A model generated the notes under the pieces. It was not told the origin of the DNA. It did no database searches and saw only the letters and a program-made list of their open reading frames with translations. DNA of 64,000 nt, from assembly GCA_013239625.1 (NCBI GenBank), contig MU053994.1, forward strand, positions 3,043,589-3,107,588, given 5' to 3'. The DNA is from Lama guanicoe (lineage: Eukaryota). Numbering within the stretch: position 1 is the first letter of the stretch; every line of letters begins with the position of its first letter. Of this stretch, positions 37,306-50,716 are shown piece by piece. The position numbers were made by a program, and so were the translations under genes.

Positions 37306-38604
37306 TTTAAAAAAGAATACAGAATGCATGGGAGGTGTCCAGGGCCTATGCAGTGGCTTGCAGTGGTTGGGGGACAGGAAGGAGAGAGGAGAGATGTGGT
37401 GTGGCCTGGGACAGAGGCTGCACTAAGGCCTCGATTTGGGTTTTATTTTTTCACAGACGGGGAAATATGGATCCCGTGTACAGCCTGTGAGGATGAAGTC
37501 TGGGGGAAGAGAGAGAGAATACATGAGAGAGACTAGGGAAATGGTGAAAGGCCTCAGATATGAATGAGAAGGAGGAGTTAAAGGGCACAAGTGCTGCGTC
37601 AGCCGTGGGAGGAGGCAGGGCCACTCAGTCAGTGTCTGGACCACGAGGGACCTAACAGGCGAATGGAGAGACAGGAGCTGAGGGTTCAGCAGGCCGCGGT
37701 GGTGCAGGATGGAGTTATCTGCCTGGACGGTGTGGGGGGAGCCTGGGGCTGGGGGAAGATGCACAAGGCTTGGCATTTGCTGTTAAGAGGAGCAGGGAGC
37801 CACCTGGTTTGAGTCCAAGGATTGTCAGACATAAAGCTGGAGCTCATTAATCAGTAATGAAGCCAGTCAGTGTGTTTATGGATTTTACCCTAGCAACCTG
37901 GGAACAAAGCAGAGGAACAAACACTTCAAATGCCAGTTCCACCCCAGCCCCCTGGACTGTGCCAGCTTCTCCCACCAGGCAGGCTGGCCATACAGGATCT
38001 CTAGATGGGCCTGTCTCCGGTGGGTGGGGAGGCTGCTCTGCGGCCCCTGAGGCCTGGCCTGGGCCCTCCAGCCAGATGCCCAGGTCTCGAGGCCTCTGCT
38101 TGTATGCCTCTCGGCTGCTGCAAACTTGGCCACCTCAGACCCCTAGCCAAGCCCCAGGGTGGGGGTGTGCATTTGCTCTACTGACCTACTGCCAGCCTCC
38201 TTGTTCCCTCGGCTTAAGGAGGAGAATCATCAGAAACTCCTGGGGGTCAGCTGACTCGGAAGCCCTAACCTTTTGTCTGCTCACCTTCCTTCTCAGTCAC
38301 CCCTAGGGCTTAAGTGAAAGCAGACCCTTTCCTCCTCCAAAGAAGGAAAACCCACCCATGAGGTGACTTTCAGCCAGAGCACATGCACTTTTCATGGTCA
38401 TTCATCACATTACAGCCTCTGTTGGACTTTTTTCATCTTTAATGATCTGGTGATTACAAAATTATATGCTCCTTGGAAGACATTCAAACAAGGTAGAAAT
38501 GTATAATGTAGAATATTCTGTTTCTGTACTTCTACCTTCCAGAACCAACCCATGCTCACCTTGGTCTATGTTCCTCAGGATGTTCTTATATATAAAGATG
38601 TATT

Positions 38605-38702
38605 GGGGGGCAGGGTAGAGCTCAGTGGTAGAGCACATGCTTAGCATGCACGAGGTCCTAGGTTTAATCATCAGTACCTCCATCAAAAAAAGCCAAAAAA
38701 AG
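38605..38702 (+). mobile_element. Vic-1-like SINE
   Basis: agctcagtggtagagcacatgcttagcatgcacgaggtcctaggtttaatc. Confidence 0.9.
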
Positions 38703-40040
38703 TATTTGGGTGTATGCCCAGGAGTGGAATTACTGGGCCATATGGTGGTTCTGTTTTTGGGTTTTTGAGAAACCTCCAAACGGTCTTCTATAGTGGCTGC
38801 GCCAGTGTACATTCCCACCAACAGTGTACAGGGGTTCCCCTTTCTCCATATCCTTGCCAACATTTGTTATTTGTGTTCTTTTTGATGATGGCCACTCTGA
38901 CAGGTGTGAGATGGTGTCTCATTGTGATTTTGATTTGCATTTCCCTCATATTGGTGATGTTGAGCAACTTTTCATGTCCCTGTTGGCCATCTGCATTTCC
39001 TCTTTTGGAAAAATGTCTATTCAGTTCTTCTGCCCATATTTTAAATGGGTTGTTTGTTTGCTTGCTTGCTTTTTAACTGAAGTACAGTTGATTTAAAATG
39101 TTGTATTAGTTTCTCATGTACAGCATGGAAGGACTTGGAGGGCATCATGCTAAGTGAAATAAGCCAGAGAAAGACAAGTTCTGTAAGATGTAATTTACAT
39201 GTGGAATCTAAAAAAACCACAACAAACTAGTGAATGTAACAGAAAAGAAACAGACTCACAGCTGTAGAGAAGGAACTAGTGGTTACCAGTGGGGAGAGGG
39301 AAGGGGGAGGGGCAAGATGGAGGTGGAGGATTAAGAGGTACAAACTATCAGGTATAAATAAGCTACAAGGATGTACTGTACAACATGAGGAATATAGCCA
39401 ATGTTTTATAATAACTATAGATGGAGTATAACCTTTAAAAGTTGTGAATCTCTATATTGCATACCTGTAACATATAATATTGTACATCAACTATACTTCA
39501 ATTTAAAAACTATGATATTGTAAAATAAATACATAAATTTAAAAAAAGAGACATTTGTACACCTATGTTCATAGCAGCATTATTCACAAAGTCCAAATGG
39601 TGGAAGCAACCCAAGTGTCGATCAACAGAAGAATGGATAAACAAAATGGAGTACATGCATATAATGGCATGTTATTTAGCCTTAAAAAGGAAGGAAATTC
39701 AGACACACGCTATATAATATGGATGAACCTTGAGGACAATATGCTAAGTAAATAAACTGGTCACAAAAAGACAAATACTCTATGATTCCAATTACACGAG
39801 GTACCTAGAGTTGTCAGACTCACAGAAGTAGAATGATGGTTGCCAGGGGCTAAGGGGAGGGGAGAATGAGGAGTTACTGTTTAATGGGTACAGAATTTCA
39901 GTTTTGCAAGATGGAAAGAATTCTGGAGATGGATGGCGGTGATGGTTACACAATAATGTAAATGCACTTAATAGCTCTGAATGGTACACATAAAAATGGT
40001 AAATTTTATGTCATGTGGGTTTTACCACAATTACAAAAAC
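38703..40040. mobile_element. Cluster of L1 fragments in both orientations (- 38703-39127; + 39125-39548; older + 39550-40040)
   Basis: L1 ORF2-end and 3'UTR motifs with a strand switch near 39125. Confidence 0.85.
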
Positions 40041-40199
40041 CATATGAACCATTACAAATATAATTGAATCCTCTTTGGTCCCACTGCCCTCTTATTCCCC
40101 CACACTCAAAGAACTTATCCTGTATTTGGTGTTTCTCATTTCCTTTGTGTATTTAGTATTGTTTTGTTTGATTTAAACCTATTTATTATCTTTTTACTT

Positions 40200-40332
40200 T
40201 TATTTTTTAATTTTTTTCGAAGGGGAGGAGGGAATCAGGCTTTTATTTATTTTTAATGGAGGTGCTGGTGACTGAACCCAGGACCTTGTGCATGCTAGGC
40301 ACATGCTCTACCACTGAGCTATACCCTCCCCC
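40200..40332 (-). mobile_element. Vic-1-like SINE, with a second 3'-only remnant at ~40335-40410
   Basis: tgaacccaggaccttgtgcatgctaggcacatgctctaccactgagctataccctcccc. Confidence 0.9.
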
Positions 40333-40489
40333 TTTTTTAATTTATTTATTATCTTTTTAATTTTGGTGGGGGAAGGAAGTAATTAGATTTTTATTTATTT
40401 ATTGTTAATGTGGTTTAAACTTGATACTTCTGAAACCTGGAAAAATAAGCCAAAAAAGTATTAATTTTGTTTTTATTTATTTTCTTTCT

Positions 40490-41000
40490 TGTGGTAAAAC
40501 ATACAAAACATTTAAAAAATTGTAATGTATAAAATATTAAAAAATTTTTATTTAAATTTATAAAATTTAAATTAAAATTTTTAAATTACCATTTTAATCA
40601 TTTTAAATAGCATAGTTCAGTGGCATTAAGTATACTCATACTGTTGTGCAACCATCACCACCATCCATCTCCAGAACCTTTTCATCTCCCCAAACTGAAA
40701 TTCTGTACCACTTAAACACTAACTCCCCATTTCCTCCTCCCCCTAGCCCCTAGAAACCACCATTCTACTTTCTGTCTTGAGTCTGGCTACTCTAAGGTAC
40801 CTCACATAAGCGGAATCATACAATATTTGTCCTTTTCTGTCTGGCTTATTTCACTTAGTAGAATGTCTTCCAGTTTCATATGTGTTATAGCACGTGTCAG
40901 AATTCCCTTCCTTTATAAGGCTGAATGATATTCCATTGTATGGCTATACCACATTTTGTTTATCCATTCATCCATTGATGGACAATTTGGATTATTTCCA
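40490..41000 (-). mobile_element. L1MB-like 3' fragment
   Basis: gttgtgcaaccatcaccaccatccatctccagaac; tctggcttatttcacttag. Confidence 0.85.
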
Positions 41001-41819
41001 CAAGAATGCATTCTTATATACAAGAATATATTCTTATATGAAAGAATATCAGTTAATCTGGTTGATTCTCTCTCTCACGCTAATCTAGTTTTCACACAGA
41101 AGAGATCAGCAGGCACGCCCCCCTCCTTCCATGTCCATAATCTATAATCATATGGCCCCTCTGACATTCTGTATCCTGTAGTGCTTTTTGCTTCTGTGCT
41201 TTTGTCCCACTGATCTGCCTTTCTTGTAGCAGTTTCTATTGCCTGAAAGTCTCTCTGTGCCCCACCCCCTGCCTAGCCAATCCCTTCTTGGCTTTCTGAA
41301 CTAGTCCAGCGCTCCACCCATCCCATGGCTGTTTTTCTCCATAGCAGCACTTTACAGATTAGCACATAATTTACCTCTTGTTGGTGTTATTATGACTTCC
41401 CAACTAATTGTAGGCACCCCTTGAAGATGTGGTTGTTGTCTCTATATTCTCCCTAGCCCTAAGTTCAATACTGGGCACAGTGACTTATGGAGGGCTGACT
41501 CCATAGGATCCTGAGAGCCTGTTAGACTCAGTGTTAGTGGGGCATTCTCAAACACAGCAGTGACAAAACCAAGCAGTATTTTACGTAGATCTGTGTTTCC
41601 TATGGGAGGAAAACCTAGACTAAACTAAACGCACTTTGCAAGCCCTAAGAACTGCGGCTTTCTCACCACATCTAGTTAACACCTCCTGTCTCATTGAATA
41701 TGGACGATATATTGCACATTTGGGGTTGGCATTCAGAATCATGACTACAAGGTCACTATGTGGGCCCTGTGGCACAGAACTGGACAGGATTCAGTAGGAT
41801 GAAGAGATTTGAAAATCAC

Positions 41820-42430
41820 ACGCAATCACTATGAACAAACTTGTGCCCCAAAATTTGGAAAATTAGATGAAAGAGACAATCTTGTTTATGTAAAATAACA
41901 AAATCAATTACATAAGAAATAGAATATCAGTATAAACTAATAACCTTTTATAAAATGAAACAGAAAGTTAAAAAAAAAAGTTAAAAAATCTCTCCCAAAG
42001 TCCCTATTCTACCCTCCACAAAAAAAAAAAAGAAAGAAAAGAAAGGAACAAAGAAAAAAGAAAGCAAGGAAGGAAAGACGAGAACAGAGTAGCACATAAT
42101 TTACCAGGTTTAGACACTTTGATGGATGTGCTTTACCCAACCTTAAAAAAATAAACTGTTACATGAAGTAAAAAAGAGAGAAGGCTGCCCAGTTTATTTT
42201 ATGGGGCTATTAGAAGCTTGATATCCAAACCAGATGAGTACATTAACAAGATAAGAAAGAAGTTAACTAAATTTACTTATGAACAAAAATTCAAAATCTT
42301 GAATAAAATGTTAGTAAGTTGAATCCAGGGGTGTATAGCATGCTAAAACACATGGCCAACCAGAGTTACTGAAGAAATGCAAGGATGATTTAACATCAGC
42401 AAATCTATTATGGAATTCACAGTGTTGACA
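41820..42430 (+). mobile_element. Very old L1 ORF2 fragment
   Basis: Degenerate ORF2 motifs (aaaatttggaaaattagatgaaa; gaaatgcaaggatgatttaacatcagcaaatc). Confidence 0.65.
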
Positions 42431-42966
42431 GAAGAAAGAAGAAAGAACACTTGGGGTGGGCATCAAGAGACAGGCTTAAGTTCAGTCTCTGCTCTGCCAT
42501 TAAGTAGGTGTGTAACATTTTGCCTCCCTCCCTCCCATTTCCAAAAGGGATCTCAGGAGTGGTTCTTCACTGAGGAGGGGAGCACAACTTTGAGAAGCAG
42601 CCTACTCCTCTCCCTGCTCCATTTTTGTCACCTATAAAATGAAGAAATATTCTAATTCCATGATTTTATAAGCTTTGTGAAAGAAACATGATTGAGTCAA
42701 ACAAAACAGGAAGGGAAAAACTGCTGTACTGTAGCTGGGTCATGGATAACTGTGTCCATGGTGCTGGTGGGCTCCTCAGAAGAGATCAGACCCACGGTGC
42801 CACCCTGCGGCCTGTTGGGAAATGCATACAAAGCTTAGATACCCCCAGGGTAGGCTGATCACAGACAAGAAGAAACAAATTTGGACTGAATACAGTGGTG
42901 GATGATGGAAGTACCCAGAGTCGTTTTGATAACAAAACAAAACTGAATCTGATCAAGTCTCTAGAT

Positions 42967-43172
42967 CTGCATTGTCCAATACAATAGTCACTAGCTACAT
43001 GTGGCTATTTATATTTAAATGAATTAAAATTACATAAAACTAAAAATCCAGTTCCTCAGTCACACTGGCCACATCTCAAGTGCTCAATACACACATGTGG
43101 CTAGTGGCTACCATATTGGGCAGTGCAGGTATAATTTTCTGTCACTGCAGAACATCCTATTGGACAGTGCTG
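42967..43172 (-). mobile_element. MER3 (hAT-Charlie MITE) inside an old L1ME-like 3' fragment (~42935-43930)
   Basis: Internal inverted repeats ctagctacatgtggcta / acatgtggctagtggctaccatattgg; flanks centred on CTAG (ctctagat / gcctagct). Confidence 0.88.
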
Positions 43173-43539
43173 GCCTAGCTCTACCTACCAATTTACAGGG
43201 AATTCAGAGGACAGAGGAACATGTCAAATCACACCATGAGGATGCACTAAGCAGTATTCAGACTATGGGAAACTCTTATGGCCAAATTATCCAGTTCTTT
43301 CAACAAAGACAAAAAACTGCAAGAGAAAAAATGAGTGGAGGGTAAACCTATAGATAAACAGACTTAAGAAACATATCAGCCAAATGCAGTATATGGATCT
43401 ATTTGCACCTTGATTCAAATGAACTATTGGAATCATATAAGAAAATTGGGGAAATGTGAATATTAACTAGATAATTGGTAATATGGAGTAATTATTTGTT
43501 ATGGGGGGTATTAGTGGTATTTTAGTTATTATGTCCTTT

Positions 43540-43661
43540 TTTAAATTTATTTAGGGGGAGAGGTATTTGGTTTATTTATTTATAGAGGAGGTACTGGGGA
43601 TTGAACCAGGACCTCGTGCATGCTAAGCATACACTCTACCACTTAACTTATACCCTCCCTG
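43540..43661 (-). mobile_element. Vic-1-like SINE
   Basis: gtactggggattgaaccaggacctcgtgcatgctaagcatacactctaccact. Confidence 0.9.
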
Positions 43662-44799
43662 CCCCTGTAGTTATGTTCTTTTATAGAAGTCCTTAACTCT
43701 TAGAGATACACATTGAAAAATCTATACATAAAATGATATGATGTCTGGGATTTGCCTCAAAGCATTCTGGGGGTGGGGAAGTGGGCGAAGATATAGAGGA
43801 TATAAGATTGGCTGTTAGTTGATAATTTTTGAAACTGGGTGATGAGTACAAAGGATTTTATTTGAGTGTTTTCTCTGCTTTGGGTCTATGTTGAAATTTT
43901 TCACAAACTTTTTTCATTAAAAATTTTAAGCGTTTGAAAAGAAAAATGTATGCATAGATATGTCCAGCTGCCTTCCTTCTTGCACTACATTTAACCTGGG
44001 ACAGAATCCAGGGAACCCACAAGGAAGAGAATAGGAGATGGATCAAGGACGGTCCCAGGACAGCAAGCCCACTGTAGGTCGGTTGTCAGCCACTGGGGAA
44101 AGGAGAGAAAAGAGAAGCTGGGATGATGAGAAGAGAAGAGAGGAGAGGCTGTGGGAAGGGAATTCGACAGACTAAGTAGGGAGAGGAGAGGAGAGACGAG
44201 CCGAGAGGAGGCACAAGGAAGACTGGGAGTCTGGCAGGCTCTTGGCTACTGAAGAGCCACTGTTTCTAGGAGGTACTGGCCTGTCCCTTCTCCCTCCGGG
44301 TGGCCTCACCAGCACACGGTCCAATCCTTGGCAACGGAGTCGAGACACAGCATGCATTTCCAGGCTTCTCGCCATCCCAGGCACACTCCACCCATTCTAG
44401 TTTGCCTCTGTCTCTCATAATGGAGCCCACGTTCCTCAGCGCGGCATTCAAGGCTCAGACAACCTGCCTCTCTCCTCCTGCACACACACATACCTCTCCC
44501 ACTGCCCCTTCCACCTGCTTTGTACCCTTCTTCAACCTAGGCTGCCACATCCTGTCTCTGAGCCTTTGCACAATCCTGGAACACTCTCTCCTCTAGCCTC
44601 TCTGCCCCCCTAAATTCCATCTGCTTCTTGAAAACCCAACTCAGACCGTCTGCCCACCGGGAAGCTGCAGCAGACCCTCCAAGAGCCCCACTCAGATTCC
44701 CTGTGATCTCTGAAACTAGTTCCTCAAGCCAGTTCCCTAACGGCTCCAAGGTGCTGCTGCTAATGGTCCACACCTGCAGCCTCCACCTGCCGGCCCTCA

Positions 44800-45060
44800 G
44801 GTGACTGGAGCCACTTACGCCAGAAGTTCCTCAGAGTTAGGCATCTTCAAGGACTGACTAGCATAGAGGCATAAAAGCTCCTTTTTCTTACCTCGGGGCG
44901 GAACCGATTCGGAGGTACCATGTATGCTCCGGGACTGCCCGCGGGATCAGGCTGAGGCGAGGCTTCTGAAAGCGCGTCCTTACCGGGCTTCTCCTCTGCT
45001 CGCCCGCTTCCGTCCCTCCCCGCCAATGCGCGCACGCATGCGCACACACGGTTTGTTCCT
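44800..45060 (-). promoter_or_regulatory. Small CpG-rich promoter / first-exon candidate oriented on - strand
   Basis: NRF1-like CGCATGCGCA 45035-45044, CCAAT 45023-45027, ETS core CGGAAG 45007-45012(-), GC boxes, three - strand GTAAG donors at 44983, 44891 and 44818. Confidence 0.65.
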
Positions 45061-45700
45061 CTCCATTATCAGCCTCAGAGCAGTGTAGTAATTGTGGGTT
45101 TCTTCCTCCCCCAGGCAGAGACCACATCTCGTAAATATTTGTTTCCTCCACCGGACCTGAAATGCCTGAAACCAAAATGATTACAGCTTAAAGGATACCC
45201 TGGAGAGGGTTTGCAAGTGCCAGAGCAACTAGGTTACAAAGGAAGCCACTTGACACCTTGGTCTGAGCTGTGATAGAAAAGTAAAAAAAAAAAAAAAAAA
45301 AAAGACGTGGTTTCTGGCTGACAACTGCCGGCATGTGAAAGTAATCAACAGCCTGTTTTGGAAGAGGGTGTTTCATCTCTCAGTAAGTTGGGGAGAATCG
45401 TCTCTTGGATGATTCTGAGACCACGTCTAACAGCGAGTTCATTAGGGTTATGACTGTGGGGATGTTGCCTGCATTTCAGAGGATGGAGCCCAAAACTGAG
45501 AGCCATGTGTCAAGGCGGAGGAGGAAGGGAGAAGGGGACAGGGTAGCCAACGGTCAGGGTCAGGTTCAGCCAGCTCCACAGGAAGTCCTGAGCTAGGTCT
45601 AAGAATATAACTGGAATGCTGTCTACACTTGACTTGTACATAATGAAAACACTACTTTAATTGAGTGTCCTTTAAACTCCATTCAGTGACATCACCTGGA

Positions 45701-45990
45701 TATGATGATTTATTTTATGCATCAACTTGACTAGGACACGGGGGCCAAGATATTTGGTCAATGTTCTGTCTGTGAGGCTGTTTCTGGATGAGGTTAACAC
45801 GTGAATCTGTAGACTGAGGAAAGCAGATTGCCCTCCCCAAGGTTGGTCTCTAACTTGAAAACTGCAGATCTCGGGACTTGTCAGCCTCCACAACTGCAAG
45901 AGCTGAGTCCTTATAATAAATCTCTATCTCTCTATATATACATGCACATCCTATTGCTTCGGTTTCTCTGGGGAATCTTAACAAACACAC
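45701..45990 (+). mobile_element. MLT2-type (ERVL) LTR, internally deleted
   Basis: ttttatgcatcaacttgactagg; tagactgaggaaagcagattgccctcccc; ccttataataaatctct; cctattgcttcggtttctctgg. Confidence 0.82.
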
Positions 45991-46749
45991 TGGATAAATA
46001 AAAGTCATTACTAGATAAATACTCCAACAGGCCCCCTGACTTTTCAGCTCAGTCTTAGGTAATGTAGAGCCTTCTAATCCCTCAAAGTAAAAATTACAGC
46101 CTCTCTTCCATAATTAGAATATCCAGCCCAAGATAATAATCTTCATAACTTCTTCCCTCCCCCAGCTAAGGCCTGCTTCCGGTTGAAACCCTTCAGCAGT
46201 GAGTCTGCACGGCTGGCTTCCTGTCTGTTTCTCCACCTTGCACTTCCCCTTACCTCCCCCACCTCCAGCCCCTCAAGGGGAGGGTGGAGTGGAGGGAGAA
46301 ATGTGTCTCTCTTGACCTGGTTCTCTGGGTCTGGCAGGTGTCTAAAGCTGATTCTCTCTCCCTTGGGAGGGTTCATGGGCTCTCCAGAGATTCTCACTGC
46401 TGGGGTCCTCTCCTGAGGTCAAGGATACAGAGGCCTGAGCATCACCTACCTCAGCCCTGGGCACTGGGCCGTACCCTCCAGCTTCTTTAAGCAGAGGTCT
46501 CCTCACTCTCCACCCTGGAAGTCCTCTTGGGCAGTCTCTAAGACAACCCTAAGGAGTCTGTCTCCTTTCAGGGCCAAGGAAAAGCCCCGACAACCTTTCT
46601 TCCAACACGTTCTGGAAGGGTAGGTTGATCCAACGTGGCAGAGTTCCCCTGTCTTGGCCACCATTGCAGTGAGCCTGCCATTTGCCCTTCAGACATCTTG
46701 GGTGCCCTTCAGACAGACCCCAGTCTACAGATTGCTTTAGCATTCTCAG

Positions 46750-47198
46750 GTATGGAGCTGACAGGGTCCTCGGGGGCCCCGGGCAGCAGCGTGTCCCTCT
46801 GCTGCACTGGCATCTCTCACCTGGGCCCTGGGCTTCTCTGTGGCTGGGTGGAAGTTGGGGGAACCCACTATAGCATTCTGACACGTGTGCAAACACCCTA
46901 AGGGGAACCCTTGACCTATTTGGGCTTGGAGCCAGGTGTAAATACTGTCTTCTTCCACTCCCCCGGGCAGACAATCCTGAGGCACCTTTTACGTGGATCC
47001 TCAGAAACTTGCCAGTGATCTGAGGCCCCAGTTCCCTACAATAATGATGAGCTCAGATTGGTGTTCCCTCCTTCCCTGTTTCACTCTTCCCTGTCCCTCA
47101 TTCCTGTTCCTTGGGATAATTCTGTAAAATAAACTACACAAAGAAGCCCTTTTCTCAGGCTCTGCTTTTGAGGGGCAGTGAGGATATAGGCTCAGACG
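46750..47198 (+). mobile_element. LTR16-like (ERVL) LTR
   Basis: gacaatcctgaggcac; ccttccctgtttcactctt; aaataaactac...ctcaggctctgctttt. Confidence 0.65.
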
Positions 47199-47271
47199 GA
47201 TGCCTCATTAGGCTTTGGGTTAAATGGTATCACCTCCTTACATACATCCTTCCCCATAATACCTCTCATTT

Positions 47272-47488
47272 TGGGGGATTAACAGATACGCACTGCTATG
47301 CATAAAACAGACAAATAACAAGGGTCTACTGTATAGCACAGGGAACTATATTCAGTAGCTTGTAATAAGCTATAATGAAAAGAATTTGAAAAATATATAT
47401 ATGTATGTGTATGTATAGCTGAATCACTTTGCTATACACCTGAAACTAACATTGTAAATCAACTACACCAAAAAAAAATTTTTTTTTA
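47272..47488 (+). mobile_element. 5'-truncated L1 3' end
   Basis: gtatagcacagggaactatattcagta; imperfect TSD acctctcatttt / acctcttatttt. Confidence 0.87.
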
Positions 47489-48089
47489 AAACCTCTTATT
47501 TTTAGGGGGTGGATGGGGTCTCAGACACAGCAACTGCTACCCTCCTCCACCTCAAAGCTCCTCATCTATTTCCCCCTTCCCATTCTCGGACCTTTCCTAT
47601 CCTTGCCCCCCAGAGTCACTGAACAGATCTGGGAACCATTTCTTTTATAAATCTGTATGTGGTGATATATGCCAATTTGACACCTCACTCTGTAAGTTCA
47701 TACCTACTGTCGCTTGGTGTCTCTATAGAAGCTTTCATTTTCATAGCCTATTACACACTAATCATTCAACTCAAAGTTCCTTTTCTGGAAAACAATTAAG
47801 TCTGGGTTTTTGTTTTTTTTTTTTTAGTGTGTATTCCTTGATTTCCAGTTCTCCTATCATCCTGGTCGCCCTCTCCCCTCAGCCCCCACCACACCCAGAC
47901 CTGTTCTAAGCTGGATTACCAACGTCAGTCTGAAACTATGCCCACTCCCTCCCCACTGCTAAGTGGCACAAATGAGGTGCGCTCCACCTAAGATCTCACT
48001 GGCAAACAGCCGATCGTTACTTCTGCCTAAATACTATGCGGCTATAAATACAGCCTAATGTTGTGTTTGTTTTAGCAGCCACGTCACCT

Positions 48090-48445
48090 GGCTACTTAGT
48101 AGCTCCCGTTCCCTATTTCCTAATGCCTGCTGGTCATTTCCACTTGGATGCATGCCGGTCCCTCAGATGAACAAGTCCACAGCAGTTCATCACGCTCTCC
48201 CACTTAGCTCTGCCTCAGGCATTTGTGGTCTCAGTGGATGGAATCATCTGAACCATGTCCCAGGCTAGCCACCTCAGAGACTTTCCTAAGGGCTCTGACT
48301 CCTCCTCCCGTCTGCATCTGATCCCACCTATCCCAGATCCTCAGTGTTCTAGGCCCCAAGTATCTCTCCATCCCTGCTGCCTCCTCTGACCTCCCATCTC
48401 TACTTATCTTTCTCCAAATTGACTCAGGTCTTATCACTTTTTGGG
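48090..48445 (+). mobile_element. L2 fragment
   Basis: tgcctgctggtcatttccacttggatg; ctgactcctcctccc. Confidence 0.6.
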
Positions 48446-49776
48446 TTAGAAACTTTTGCGGCCTTTTCGTTGGCCAGATGATCAGCAAGTTTTTGATTCA
48501 TGAGCAAGAGAGACAAGTCTTCATGGCCCAAACTTAACAGACTTCCTCAGACTCAGCCTGTGCCTGTGTATGAGGACCACGTTCCTCCAAAGTCCAGCGA
48601 GATCGTGGTTTGAAGCTCTGTGTCCCTCTTCACTTCCGCCACCAAGTCCCTGAATCCTAGTCTCTGACAGTAACCCAGTAACTGTGGTTTTCCAGTCCTC
48701 AGTCATTAACTTTCTGCTCTCATTTTACTCCTGTATGGAGTCAGGTTTCTCAATGATGACTCCTTGCTATTAATTTCCAGAGTCTCCGGATCATGCTGGC
48801 TACATCCAAATAACAGTCATCTGAGTACATCCTCCCCAACCCCTGGGAACATCAAGTGGCCAAGGCTCATTAGGAAGCTACACAAGTGGCCTGCGTGCTC
48901 CACTCTGAGCACCCTGGCTTCGCGGGTGGGATTCCGGAACACTGTGATCTTCTCCACCCACACCTCTTGGTTGTTGATGTCATCCTGAGAGGCTATCCTG
49001 GGGTGCTTTCAAAGTACCTGCTTGAGTCCATGAATCCACAGAGGCTGATAGACAGGCCCAGCCTGCTCTTGGAGTGACTGAGGGGACCCTGGCACCACTG
49101 GAGTGACTGAATCTACGGGGTAGAAGCCTCTCAGACTGTGGGTGGACGGTTCTTAACTTGGGACCTATGAACTCACAAGTGGTGAATCCCAGACATTTTT
49201 GGTAAAATTTGATGATGAGTATTTGTACTTCTGGGAGAAAATTTAGTTTTCTTTAGATTCTCCAAGGGATCTGTGACACAAATGAGGTTCAGAAAAGGGG
49301 CTTACAGAATCACTATTTTGTTAGAATGTTTCTTCCTGATTATATAAATAATCCATATTCACTGTAAAATAGGAAAATAAGAAGACCACAAAGAAGACTC
49401 TAAAATCACCCTTGATTCCAGCATCCGGAGGTAACCATGTTGACATTTTGGTGTGCAAACTTTTAACCCTTTCTTTGTACACACGTAAATGCACATTATC
49501 CCTCCAAATCTGGGCAAGATGCTCCTTCGTGACCTGCTTCTTTCCACTTAAAGCAACATGGATATTTTCCCAGCTCATTAAAGACTTTTCTAGAACTTTG
49601 ATGACTTAACGGACTTCATAGTATTCAAGCATTTGGGTGCCTTATTTATACTTTACATTGCTTTCTAGGCTTTTTTTTTTGCTATTATAAATAATATTGT
49701 GATAAACATCATTTTATACACACTTTAAAAATATGTCTTTGCTTTCTGTTAATGCAGTTCTAGACATGGAATTTTT

Positions 49777-50008
49777 TTAACTTGTTTTTATTGAGTTATA
49801 GTCATTTTACAGTGCTCTGTCAAATTCCAGTGTAGAGCACAATTTTTCAGTTATACATGAACATACATATATTCATTGTCACATTTTTTTCGCTGTGAGC
49901 TACCACAAGATCTTGTATATATTTCCCTGTGCTATACATTATAATCTTGTTTATCTATTCTACATATGCCTGTCAGTATCTACAAATTTTGAACTCCCAT
50001 GCTATCCT
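49777..50008 (-). mobile_element. Young 5'-truncated L1 3' end
   Basis: 16-bp TSD tagacatggaattttt at 49761-49776 and 50009-50024. Confidence 0.92.
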
Positions 50009-50155
50009 TAGACATGGAATTTTTAAACTAAAGGGTATAAATGCTTTTATGCAAAGATTCTTGTATTGACAAATTATTGTCCATATGGGTTGATTGCAAT
50101 TTATTCTTCCACAGTAGCTTATAAGAATAATTATTCCCTTGCATCCTCTTAGATT

Positions 50156-50300
50156 TTTTTCCCCTTAATTTTTTTGGGGGAAGGGAAGTAATTAGGTATT
50201 TTTTAAAAAAAATTTAATGGAGGTACTGAGAATTGAACCCAGCACCTCATGCATGCTAAGGATGCACTCTACCACTAAGCTGTATATACTCCCCCTCCCC
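50156..50300 (-). mobile_element. Vic-1-like SINE
   Basis: ggaggtactgagaattgaacccagcacctcatgcatgctaaggatgcactctaccactaagct. Confidence 0.88.
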
Positions 50301-50716
50301 CACATTCTCTTGTGATCAATAGTCATTGTCTATCATCTTTGTGGGGAACTGGGAGGGTCCAGTTGCAATTTGATAGGTGAAATATTGCATCTCAGGTTGT
50401 CATGAAGTCTTGTGTGGAAGCTGGTCTATGCTCTAGCTGTGGATTGCAGTTAACATTGCCTGAGAATTTTCTCCAGAGTTTTGGCAACCCTCTGACAGGT
50501 GCTACTCAGTAGAGGATGACTGTTTTTCTTTGCCTGTTTATGGGACCTGAGACGTGGTGACAGCTTAATTTCCAGGCAGTGATTACTTTTAGAGTCCATG
50601 AGACTGAGTGGCAGCAAATAAATATTTGGTGGCTCTTTAAAAAGATTCTCTCCTCTCACCCCCAGCTTAAGTCAAAATTTCTATGTCCTGTGAAAGTTTG
50701 AGAATTGTGGCTCATC

